Part shown: piece by piece, positions 42,404 to 53,152 of the stretch | Layout: each line of letters begins with the position of its first letter | How positions within the stretch are numbered: the first letter of the stretch is position 1 | Assembly: GCA_000004985.1 (NCBI GenBank) | Contig: GG738874.1 | Strand: one strand, 5' to 3' | From: Naegleria gruberi | Taxonomy: Eukaryota | DNA length: 64,000 nt | The notes under the pieces: generated by a model | Databases searched by the model: none | What the model was told of the DNA's origin: nothing | What the model saw: only the letters and a program-made list of their open reading frames with translations | Made by a program: the position numbers and the translations under genes

Positions 42404-45020
42404 ATGGTTACCCAACTCGTTTTTACTTTTCTCTTCTTTTTCTTGTGTTTGGTTTCTTCTTCCTTCTCCTTTCCAACAAAAATTATTCACTTTACAGAAA
42501 TTAGTACAACAACACAAAATGTAGAAATTTACGGAGCATTCAACTACTTTTCGATATTTACATGGAAAGGGCTGGGAATTAAATCACTTTCACAATTAAA
42601 CATTTCGTCCAATGCACAACTTTCCGAAATATTTTCAAAATATCAAAGTTATGCATTACAACGAATAACAACAAACCAGCATGACAACCAGCAGCAGCAG
42701 AATAGTAAATTCACAATTGTTTGCTCTCACTTGTATCCATGTCGTAGAATTTGGAAAATTCTCGACTTGAATAGTAATTATTTCGAATTACTAATAATAC
42801 CCAACATGTATCCTGATTGTGTCCGTGGATCAGTATTGGAATTGGGTGATGGATTTTTGGCAACTTCAATGGATTTTGCTCGACTTGTTAGAGTGAATCA
42901 AGTTGCAACGAGGAAGGGTTTATTTAGAGAACATTATGATAATAGTATGATACAAATAGATACAAGGTATGATCCTTATGATTTCTATTCGATTCCACTT
43001 GTGCCCACACAATTACTTCTGTCTGTGCATGCAGCAGCAGCCATCATCAGCAACAAGTGTTGACATGTCAACAATATCTGAGAATGAAATCAGATCATTC
43101 TCAGATATTGTTGAGGATCATCTTCATTTCATTAACGATCAGGGATTGAGTTGTAAAAGTAGTCAAATTCATGATTCGTATGTTTGGGATAAATTACATG
43201 GTCTAGTAGATGTAGGATCGAGTCATTTGACCTTCCTCAACAATCTCACAACATCTATAGTGGGATTTCCTGTCAATATTACATATAATAGAGATCCATT
43301 AGTAGAATATAGAACATTTATAATTGAGGGAGGAGGAAGAAATGTCTTTAGACTAAGTACTCCAGATTATGTCAACACATTGTTATGGAATTCTACATGT
43401 CACTTTTGTTCATCCACTGAATGTTTGGCAGAATCTATGGCAAGTAACGATTATTTCATTTTCGTATATTCTGTACCTAGTATTATATATTATTTGAGTT
43501 TTTTTGGATTGGGAATGTTCAGAAAACCATCAATGAGAAATAGATTATTAATTCCTTATATATTACCAATATGTATAATTGTCTTTGAAGTTTGCTGGTC
43601 GGCATTCATTGTGAATACTTGTAAATCAGTATTCTCAATTGTTTCCTTGTTAATTCTTGGATTTTTTACAATTCTAAATGGAATTGTTGTTCTTCGAATT
43701 AAGGGAGCACAAATATTGTATCATAGAATGATTGGGAGGGAAAATAGTTCCAAATTAATCAAATTACTAGTTTCGGAAAGGCTGGGATGGATATTATGTA
43801 TTATCATTCCAAGTATTTTCATGTTGATTTATGGAATACCTCCATTGTTTGTTTCCATCTTTGATTTCCACAAGATTTTATACATTAATAATTTGATATT
43901 TGTTGCCTTTGCATGTATTGGATCAATTACTGCCTTGTTGTATAACACTATTGATTTACTATTTAATTGGAATCATCTCCGAGAAAAAGGTTTGTTAATT
44001 ATATTATAATAATATTTAAATTAATAATTACTATAATTATTATTATTATTATTATTATTGTAAATTAATTTAGGAATATTTTACTATTTGTTTTTCCAAG
44101 ATCCTCTCTATCTTCGATTAGATACTCTATCAATATCCTTAACAATTGTTCCCCTAGCCATCTATATCGGAATTAATGTCATCTACTCACTTTCCTACCA
44201 ATCTGTTGCTAGTAATATTATACGATTAATTATCTCAACATGGCTCTTACTATCATGTGGCGGCTTTGCAATGATTGTTGAGATGGTTTACATGTTATTA
44301 AACTCGAGGAAAGTATCATCCCCGAATAGAGATTCAAAAACTGATGATATCAAATATCTACTATTGAAGAATGAAAAGTTTACCTCTCTTTTCAAAGAGT
44401 ATTGTGAAGGAGAATTAAGCGTTGAAAATTACTTCTTCTATCAGGAATTGATCAATATTCAGAATGCAAATTGTGTTTCCAAAGAACAATTACAAAAGTT
44501 GGAATCCAAATTCATCAACACTTATGCAGTATTCCGTGTAAATATTTCAAATAATTGTAGGAAGGAATTCTACAAGACTTTAAAAGAGGTTAAGCAATCT
44601 ACAACCTCTAGTTTTGTTCTTGATCGTTATCTTGAAGAGAAACCAAAAAGTGATCAAGACAGGAAACGAGAATTTAAAAGCTTAATTGTACATCAATCCC
44701 AAGATAACCTAATGGAGCATGTTGACATTTCAGAGAATGTTGTAAATACTCCACTCTCATCACCACCAATAAGGAGTCACAGCAGTAGCAATGCTTCTTA
44801 TCTGAAGGATAGTTTGAGTATTAAAGTTTGTGGCACGATTGAAAATTTACTGCTCGGCATTCAATTGAATATTCAAGAGACTTTCACCCGATTCCAAAAT
44901 ACTAGAGAATACAGACAATGTCTTGCTGAGAGCAGTGAATTATCAGCAGTGGCCTCTACATCAACTACGCCCAACTCCAACAACAGGAAGAACCTTGCAG
45001 TAAGATTTGATGATGAATAA
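42404..45020 (+). CDS. Second 7TM-RGS fusion receptor. It has a signal peptide and a ~190-aa N-terminal ectodomain. Three exons, about 42404..42966, 43058..43989 and 44074..45020.
   Basis: The signal peptide is MVTQLVFTFLFFFLCLVSSSFSF. The first intron (GTATGA...CAACAAG) is tentative. The second intron (GTTTGT...(ATT)n...TTAATTTAG, phase 1) is firm and joins HLREK|G|IFYY. TM helices span exons 2 and 3. The RGS core is LFKEYCEGELSVENYFFYQELINIQN. Confidence 0.7.
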
Positions 45021-45175
45021 AATCATCGTGATGAGGTTTTTTTAAGGAATTTTTTGTTAAGGTTTTTTTGAAGTTGCAACAACACTGTGTAAAGTTTTGA
45101 TGGCCATTATTACGACCTAAAAGACTTCATAAGGAACCAAGAGTGGAACATTTTTGTACTGTATCAATGATTTAT

Positions 45176-46798
45176 TTAAAAATCGTATTTCTTCTTTTTG
45201 AGTTTATCAACCTTAATCTTATCAATCTTCATTTCACGTTGGAAAGCAAGAGATTGTTTGAATCTGTGGTGAGTATCCATCATTACCAAACAAGTTTCCT
45301 TTTCCAAAATATTGAACATATCTTCTGGTAGTGTTTCAATTTGCTTATCGTTGTAACTGTCAAGCTTATCCTTGACAGCATCAGTAAGAACATGAGAAAT
45401 ATTGACAGCCATATCACCAGTAACTTCCAAAAATTCAGTAAATATCTCAAAAGCAACTTCATACTTTTTGGCTTCAACTTCAGCATATTCTTTTTCAAGT
45501 GGGGAAAGCTTCTTTTTTCCAGAGTGGGCTGAATCACCTGAAACACCTGAAATTTCACTAGAAACATCACTTTGTACATTGCTTTCTCCGAATAATCTCA
45601 TTTGCAAGTCAATGGAACGTTCGCACAATGATCTATAATAATGAATCTTTTCCAAGAGTAAAAAGTTTTCAGTTGACTTTTCCTTTTCACAATGTATCTT
45701 AAATAATGTTCTCAATCCATCATCCTCCATAGTGTCCATCAACATGACAGCATTGGCACGACGAATCTTCTCCAAATATAATGAGTCACGGTTAATGGCA
45801 TAAGTAAAGACAAATACAATGATTGGCAAAATGACGAATAGTGAAACGGCAATGACAATCAATTGAACCAAAGTAATGGCCAGAACATTCTTGTCTTTGG
45901 TACTTTCTTTCTCTTGTACAAAGGTGACCAATTTATCGAGACCTTCTTGGAAAGTTGTCTTGATTGTATTGTATGATGTTGAACTCAGTCTTGTTTTGGC
46001 ATCTTCTGGTTGTGTTCTGATAATTAGTAATATCTGAGAATTTGCTCCATCCCAATTATTTGAAGCCTCAACAGTTGTAGAGTTAAACATGGTCTGAATG
46101 GAAGCATCATCCACGTTCTTTAAAATTGTTTGTAAGGTTTTTTTCAGTGTTTGAGTAGAGTTTTTATACTCTTCCTGAACTAGTAATCTCTGATCTTCTG
46201 ATGAGTAACCAGTATAAGTATACTTTAAAACTAGAGCATTGGAGCTTTCAAAGATGGAAGTAACTTTACCAACAGCAATTAAAATATCGGTTGACTTGGT
46301 TGTGGTAGCAACGAATGCAGCAACAGCTACGCCAGCCAATACTAACAAACCAATAACTGTCACCATCATACCTAGTAAACAAGCCAATTTCATTGAAGTT
46401 AGCTCAACAACACCACAACATGTTCGCAAAGTAATTTTACTCTGACTGAAAGAACTTCCAGACCTTCCACTTTCGCTATGATTCACAAAACCAACTTGAG
46501 ATTGAGCAGCTGTTGTTTGTTTTGCTGTTGTAGTTGGTGATGCAATAGTGACCTTCTTTGAGTTATTTGTTGATGGAAGTGCTGTTATATTCATTGTGTT
46601 ATTTGGTTTGTTGTTGTCGAGTGGAGTTGTTGATTGTGGAAATGATGGTGAAGAGGACGTTGTTGGATTATTTGCTATTGTTGTTGTTGTATTGTTATTA
46701 TTGTTGGAGAGATAGGAAGTGGCATTATTGGCTTCGTTTGAGGCAGGAGCTAGTGAAGGTGAGCCTGTTGTGGAGGCTGTTGATGGTGGTGTATTCAT
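45176..46798 (-). CDS. Two-TM RGS-domain protein of 540 aa with a single exon. Paralog of 9691..11277.
   Basis: The RGS core LEKIRRANAVMLMDTMEDDGLRTLFKIHCEKEKSTENFLLLEKIHYYRSLCE is near-identical to the paralog. TM1 is KLACLLGMMVTVIGLLVLAGVAVAAFV and TM2 is LAITLVQLIVIAVSLFVILPIIVFVF. The N-terminus is Asn/Thr/Ser-rich. Confidence 0.8.
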   Translation of the reverse strand: MNTPPSTASTTGSPSLAPASNEANNATSYLSNNNNNTTTTIANNPTTSSSPSFPQSTTPLDNNKPNNTMNITALPSTNNSKKVTIASPTTTAKQTTAAQSQVGFVNHSESGRSGSSFSQSKITLRTCCGVVELTSMKLACLLGMMVTVIGLLVLAGVAVAAFVATTTKSTDILIAVGKVTSIFESSNALVLKYTYTGYSSEDQRLLVQEEYKNSTQTLKKTLQTILKNVDDASIQTMFNSTTVEASNNWDGANSQILLIIRTQPEDAKTRLSSTSYNTIKTTFQEGLDKLVTFVQEKESTKDKNVLAITLVQLIVIAVSLFVILPIIVFVFTYAINRDSLYLEKIRRANAVMLMDTMEDDGLRTLFKIHCEKEKSTENFLLLEKIHYYRSLCERSIDLQMRLFGESNVQSDVSSEISGVSGDSAHSGKKKLSPLEKEYAEVEAKKYEVAFEIFTEFLEVTGDMAVNISHVLTDAVKDKLDSYNDKQIETLPEDMFNILEKETCLVMMDTHHRFKQSLAFQREMKIDKIKVDKLKKKKYDF

Positions 46799-47949
46799 TT
46801 CTTATTATTCTTATTGAAATTGCTACCTAAAGTTTATGTTGTTATTCGAATGTGGTGTGATTTGATTGTTTTTGAAAACTTCATAACATGAATTGATTGC
46901 AAGGAGATAAATCAATTTAAGGAAATAGATTTATGAATCATGCATTCAATATCAATACTTCTTCATAACAACTTACCAAATACTCTTTGCAATTCTTCTT
47001 CTTCTCCAAGTAGTTTACCGTGAATGTTGTTGTTTGAGAATGCAAAAATTTACGGAATGATTTTGGAGGTAATCTTTGAGTTGTTTTTTTGTGTGATGTT
47101 GAAATGGTGTTGTCTTGCAAGGTCGGGTTTTTTGCTTTAATATTCTTGCTGATCGCGCTTTACTGAATCGCCTTCCTTCTTGGTGAAATGATTGCTGGAC
47201 ATATTGTGAAAGGAGGTATTTATATGGAAATTCATGCGAAAGTAAGCAAAGCCAAAGGTGGAAGTGTTTAAGGATAGATAATTAGTGTTGTTTTTAATTT
47301 TATTTGAATATTTTGAAGATATTAGATGATGAAGAAAGTGGATGAAACTATTGATTTCAGCAAAGAAAATGTAATACAACATTAGGACGGTTATTAGAAA
47401 AGACAATTTAGAAAGAAGAGACAAAGCGGATAGATTCCGATTTTAGGCAACCAATTAAATTATGGAAGCAGACGAAAATAAATGGAATTGTTGCATCTGC
47501 CTTATCAACTTTATCCTTCCAAGAGAAATAAAATAAATTTAGAAAGTTGAAATGCAACGTTCTGTGAACAGTTCCACCTTTTGGCTTTCTGTCAAATAGT
47601 GTAATGTTACTGTAAATCATGTTAAATTGAAAATTCATTTACAACATACTACAGTGAAATGGGTATTTAATTATTAGGTTTGAGTTCACTTAATTTGTTT
47701 GTCGATTTGTCTTGATGTCAGTTAAGAATTTGGAAATGTCAATAGTTCGCTGTTTGTTGCCTTGTTTGTAAAATCCATTTTCTTAAATGAGTAAAATACC
47801 CTAGTAAGAGTAGTGAAGAGCTATTTGTGATTCAATCATCAAAGTACGGTATTTTCATTACCATCTTCCTTTTATCTAATCACGAATCAAACAACTTGCT
47901 CAAATCCACATAAAAGTAAAATAATAAATTTATAATAATAAATAATAAT

Positions 47950-48881
47950 CAAGGGGGGACATAGTTATTTTTAGACAAGCTACTTGCACGGTAAAGTTTT
48001 GAAGCAACCATAGGGAGAAAGGCTTTGCTTTCTTTCTTGATATATACAATAAATGGTGAAATGAAGATTTCAGAATAGACAGTCAACTCAATGGTATATC
48101 TAAAACTTTTTTCTGTTTTTTTGGTATTATTGTAGTTATTGTGTAATATTAGTGTAAAGTTCCCATAACATTTAAAGTACCATACCATTGATATTTTCTC
48201 GCCACCATTTGAGAGATAGGTGAATAGTATCTATATAATTATACTCTAAAGAGCCGAGTCGTCAGAATCAGTATTGATCTTGGTGTATCCCACAGGAGGT
48301 AAGTAGTAGGAAATACTTCGTCAAAAAATGACTAGCGAAATTTTGTTGTAAAGAGATGAGTATTATGTCTATATATAAACAACCTCAGCCAATAAAAATT
48401 CATGGATTCGTTATAATAGATATATATTATCAGTGGTAAAATATTTGTCTGTCAATATGACTTATTAGAGTAATGTAAACTTGATGAAAGTTGTTCGTCA
48501 TTTTATCATTATTTTATAATAAGGAAAAAAATTAGTTGGTAAACTATACTTATTTTTGGAGTAAATAATTGATTTCAATCAACTATTATTTCTATAACCG
48601 TTTCTGCTAATGTCTATAAACGACTGGAAAAATATGAGAACAAACAAGCATAAATTTATTTATTAAATTAGCACAGGATAATAGAATAGTGAAAATCCAG
48701 TTGTTTATTCAATTTTGATGGAAACTGATTTTCTTTTCAAAAAATTGTCATCTTATGCATTCATTGAAGCTCAAAAATAAATTTTTTTATTTATTTTAAT
48801 TGAAAATAATGAGTTTCTTGTACCATAATATTTTTTAAAAAATGTATGACTTCAACAAATTCTTCACTATGTCCCCCCTTG
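47950..48881. mobile_element. Candidate non-autonomous hAT-like MITE of 932 bp. It has 15-bp terminal inverted repeats, CAAGGGGGGACATAG and its reverse complement CTATGTCCCCCCTTG. An 8-bp direct target-site duplication, ATAATAAT, flanks it.
   Basis: The TIR starts with CAAGG. This fits the hAT YARNG terminal motif, and an 8-bp TSD is the hAT hallmark. There is no ORF inside. The flanks are (AAT)n-like, so the TSD could be fortuitous. Confidence 0.5.
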
Positions 48882-49971
48882 ATAATAATAATGTGGTGTA
48901 AAATCTTAGAATATTCGTAAAAAAATTATGCAAATAGCCCTTTTCAGCTCTTCTGATTTTCGGAGTGGTTTTGCAGTGGGAAAGCACCAAACTTTCCCAT
49001 CATCTCAACATCATCTAAATAGTAGTAATAGTAGTAATTTTTATTGGTGGATTATGTATCATCATGAAGTTGGAATTTATTTTTCATGATGGAAAATCTC
49101 AAGTTGGTGTTCCATCATCCGATCATTCCACCAACCATCATCATTATTGTTTTCCATCAATATTAATAATAGTATTTGTGGAAATTAATTTTTAGTATTG
49201 TAATTTTGGTGAAATGTCAAAATTTTCACTAAATTCATCATCACTGCTTGATCTACTGGACAAGTTGGAAAACTGTCAATGTAGCATTGTTCGGAATGGT
49301 CAATAGTAGGTAGGAGAACTTTCTCTGATCAATTTTGGTCAAGTTATGATAGGGATAGGTACATGTGAATTTTGAAAAAGTACATGGACCATAACTCAAC
49401 ATGTACTTCACCAACTTGAATCATGTCTTTTAGTACTACTATTTAAATAGATAATAAACATCATATTTATTATCAGATTTTCATCATGTTGTCAATTTAC
49501 CAAGTTCCGATTTTTGATGCTACCAGAGTTGATTCATAGCCCAATTACAAATCAAACAACAATAAAACAACAATTCATAATGTTTATTATGTTATTAAAT
49601 GTATAATTTCAAGTCTTGTAGCATAATTTGTGAAAATCATTGATATCTGATATTTTCATGTTTTTATTGTTTTTCTCATGATGTGGAAATTGACTTCTCA
49701 CTGAAACATCACGAATAGCATGTCATTCATCCATTCTCTACCAGATAATTATCTTTTACTGTAATTTTCACTATTGGATATTACTTTTAATATTTGTGAT
49801 ACTTTACTATTTTATTCAATGAATAAGGGATGAGAAACATTCATTAGAAGAAGAAAGATTCCCAGTAATATATTCTCTCTCTGTACAATTTATTATTTCA
49901 ATATCTGTCAAATTAATTGAGATAGAAGGTATTTCATCAGCTCATATCAAAACAGCTGGAGTTGAACTACC

Positions 49972-50747
49972 TTGAAAAAGAAGCCTGGAAATTCCAGGAA
50001 AGAATTTGGAACAAAAATCTTTCCTAGAAAATCCAGAGAAAAATCTTTCCGGCTACACTCACCACAAGTTTGCTCATCACATGGTTCTTGTGTTGCTCCC
50101 AATAATTGCTCTTGCCTTAATGGATATTATGGAAGTGAGTGTGAACATTATAATTGTTATGGTATTTATTATAATTCATCACAAGTGTGCTCATCTCGTG
50201 GTGTTTGTGTTTCTCCTGAGAAATGTAAATGTTCAGATGGATATTATGGTAATAATTGTGAACAGTTCAATTGTTCTGGCGTTCATTTCAATTCATCACA
50301 AGTTTGTTCTTCACATGGCACATGTATTCTTCCAGAAAAGTGTATTTGTTCTAGCGCTGGCTGGAACTAATTGTGAGATCTATAATTGTTCTGGAATTGT
50401 AAACACCTCACCAGAAGTTTGCTCTTCACATGGTATTTGTGCATCTCCTTTTTAATTGTAAATGTTCCAATGGATATTATGGAACCATTTGTGACTTGTT
50501 TGATTGTTTCGGTGTTGAACATTCGAATAGCAGTATTGTCTGTTCAGGAAATGGTATATGCCAAACTCCAGATTTTTGTAAATGCAACAATGATCGCCAT
50601 GGAATCCAATGTGAGGCTGTAGGAAAATGTGTCACTGTTAATAATTCAACATTGTGTGCTAAATCCTCAACTCACTCCTTCGATATTCATGTAATTTTCA
50701 TGGTTGTCTTGTTGGTAGCATTGTTTTTAACTCATAACAGTTTGTAA
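49972..50747 (+). pseudogene. Truncated and decayed gene fragment. It encodes ~6 tenascin-type EGF repeats, a TM helix and a short tail (NHL/EGF surface-protein family). It lacks a start and a signal peptide. Two +1 frame breaks occur at homopolymer runs near 50365 and 50455.
   Basis: The EGF units (CSCLNGYYGSECEHYNC, CKCSDGYYGNNCEQFNC, CKCSNGYYGTICDLFDC) are spread over three frames. The frame is restored by removing 1 nt at each break. The fragment begins mid-repeat and ends VIFMVVLLVALFLTHNSL. Confidence 0.6.
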
Positions 50748-50950
50748 ATCAAATAAATGGTCTTATTATTCTGTGAAAGTAAAAGATGATGACGTGCCTC
50801 GAAACAAGTTGAATACTGTGTATGCATACTGTGATAATAGATTAATTTGGTGAGGAGACTGTTTTAATCTACGGATTACCTTTCTTGTACAGATATTCTT
50901 TATATTTTAAAATTTATTATCTTCACCTTTCAGATGGCAATTAAAAAAAA

Positions 50951-53152
50951 ATGTCTTCACTTGCTACCAGGGCACAACTGTATAATCCTGTTGGTATTTT
51001 TGTTTCATCAAATAATGAAGTTTATATTGCTGATTATAGTAATCATAGAATTAGAAAAATATTAAAAAATGGAAATATTGCAACAATCGCTGGAAAGGGA
51101 ACTTGTGGCTTCAGTGGTGATAATGGTCCTGCAACAAATGCACAAATTTATTATCCTTCTAGTGTTTTTGTTTCATCAAATAATGAGGTTTATATTGCTG
51201 ATCAAAGTAATCACAGAATTAGAAAAATATTAGAAAATGGAAATATTGTAACAATTGCAGGGAATGGAATTGGTGGCTTCAGCGGTGATAATGGTCCTGC
51301 AACAAATGCACAAATTTATTATCCTTATAGTGTTTTTGTTTCATCAAACAATGTAGTTTATATTGTTGATTATGGTAATAATAGAGTTAGAAAAATACTA
51401 GGGAATGGAAATATTGTAACAATTGCAGGAAATGGAACTTCTGGATTCAGTGGTGACAATGGTCCTGCAACAAATGCACAACTAAATAATCCTGTTGGTG
51501 TTTTTGTTTCATCAAATAATGAAGTTTATATTGCTGATCAAAGTAATCACAGAATTAGAAAAATATTAGAAAATGGAAATATTGTAACAATTGCAGGGAA
51601 TGGAACTGGTGGATTCGGTGGTGACAATGGTCCTGCAACAAATGCACAACTATATATCCCTTATAGTGTGTTTGTTTCAAACAATGAAGTTTATATTGTG
51701 GATTATGGTAATAATAGAATTAGAAAAATATTAGGGAATGGAAATATTGTAACAATTGCAGGGAATGGAACTTCTGGATTCAGTGGTGATAATGGTCCTG
51801 CAACAAATGCACAACTGAATAGGCCTTCTAGTGTGTTTGTTTCAAACAATGAAGTTTATATTGCTGATCTTAATAACCATAAAATTAGAAAAATATTAGA
51901 AAATGGAAATATTATAACAATTGCAGGAAATGGAACTAAGGGATTCAGTGGTGATTCACCATTTGATATTAGAATGTATCCTCATATTGGAAATAACTTA
52001 TTTACTGGAAGTAGTATCTTGTATTCTAAAATACAAGTTCATAATTTGTGCAAACATTCAAGAGATCAATTATTTGGATTGCAAATTTATGGATTCATTC
52101 CATTCATTGAGAAAATTTCACCACAGTTTAGTAATATTTTGAAGAATGAAAAAATACTTTGTTTGATGAGTTCATCACAACAAGAAATTATTCAAAAATT
52201 AATTGACTCTTTGATATATGATAAAGATAAGGTAATGTTTAGCAAAGAAGAAACGTTGGATGTTTTATTCATTTTGGGTTTATTCAAGAATGGTGAATTT
52301 ATTGATTTGAAAAGATCATTGACAAGTGGGTTTGTGAACTCACTCACATTAGAAAATCTTCTTTTGAAATGGGAAACAATTGAGATTTTACTGAAAATTT
52401 GCAAGGAAGAATTCAATGTTCAAAATTACATTCTTGATCATTTGAATAACTATTGTATTGAATATGCTGTTGTTCAAATGAAAACCAAAGAAGGAAACGC
52501 CTTATTATCTACCCTTCCAATAATTATGAGAAATGGTGCTACCATATTTCCAAAATTGATCATTACTCAACCAACTGCAATTAATATTGAGGAAACAATT
52601 GAGATTAAACCACAAACAATTGAATCATTATATAATGACATGAAAACAAGTGATGTGAAAATCAAAATGGGACAAAACAAATACCTATATTGTCACAAAA
52701 CTGTATTGAGTTTTTCAAGTACATTCTTTAATGCACTTTTTGACAGCGGATCTTGTTTCAGTGATTTAAGTGATGACGGAGTATTCACACTAAACGAACC
52801 AGAAGATTTGGAATTATTGGAAATTGTGATTAAATATTGTTATGGAATTTCAATTGACAAAATTGATCCTGTTAAAAGTATGGGATTACTTGATATGGCA
52901 ATGAAACATGAAATTCCATATCTGGTTGATTATTGCAAGAATAGCTTTAATCTATCTATTGATAATTACTTTAATATGCTTGAAGTATGTGAAAATTATT
53001 TTGATTTACAACTATTTGAGCCATGTTTCAGAGAATTTGTCAAATTTAGCATTGCCAACAGAAAACAACTTTTCAGTGATCGCGATAGAATTTCCAAATT
53101 ACCTGAAAAAGTGTTGCAAGAAATGGTCTTTTCGTTTTCTCAGGACTTTTGA
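50951..53152 (+). CDS. NHL-repeat (6 units) plus BTB/POZ domain protein of 733 aa. It has no signal peptide, starts mid-NHL-unit, and may be a subtelomeric chimeric gene.
   Basis: The NHL units are near-identical 55-aa repeats (NGNIVTIAGNGTSGFSGDNGPATNAQLNNPVGVFVSSNNEVYIADQSNHRIRKILE). The C-terminal BTB spans KYLYCHKTVLSFSSTFFNALFDSG...LELLEIVIKYCYGISI...MGLLDMAMKHEIPYLVDYC. Confidence 0.6.
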   Translation: MSSLATRAQLYNPVGIFVSSNNEVYIADYSNHRIRKILKNGNIATIAGKGTCGFSGDNGPATNAQIYYPSSVFVSSNNEVYIADQSNHRIRKILENGNIVTIAGNGIGGFSGDNGPATNAQIYYPYSVFVSSNNVVYIVDYGNNRVRKILGNGNIVTIAGNGTSGFSGDNGPATNAQLNNPVGVFVSSNNEVYIADQSNHRIRKILENGNIVTIAGNGTGGFGGDNGPATNAQLYIPYSVFVSNNEVYIVDYGNNRIRKILGNGNIVTIAGNGTSGFSGDNGPATNAQLNRPSSVFVSNNEVYIADLNNHKIRKILENGNIITIAGNGTKGFSGDSPFDIRMYPHIGNNLFTGSSILYSKIQVHNLCKHSRDQLFGLQIYGFIPFIEKISPQFSNILKNEKILCLMSSSQQEIIQKLIDSLIYDKDKVMFSKEETLDVLFILGLFKNGEFIDLKRSLTSGFVNSLTLENLLLKWETIEILLKICKEEFNVQNYILDHLNNYCIEYAVVQMKTKEGNALLSTLPIIMRNGATIFPKLIITQPTAINIEETIEIKPQTIESLYNDMKTSDVKIKMGQNKYLYCHKTVLSFSSTFFNALFDSGSCFSDLSDDGVFTLNEPEDLELLEIVIKYCYGISIDKIDPVKSMGLLDMAMKHEIPYLVDYCKNSFNLSIDNYFNMLEVCENYFDLQLFEPCFREFVKFSIANRKQLFSDRDRISKLPEKVLQEMVFSFSQDF
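51000..51950 (+). repeat. DNA-level tandem repeat with a ~165-bp period and ~6 copies. It encodes the NHL units of the 50951 gene.
   Basis: Blocks such as aatggaaatattgtaacaattgcagggaatggaa...ggtgataatggtcctgcaacaaatgcacaa recur almost verbatim. Confidence 0.75.
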
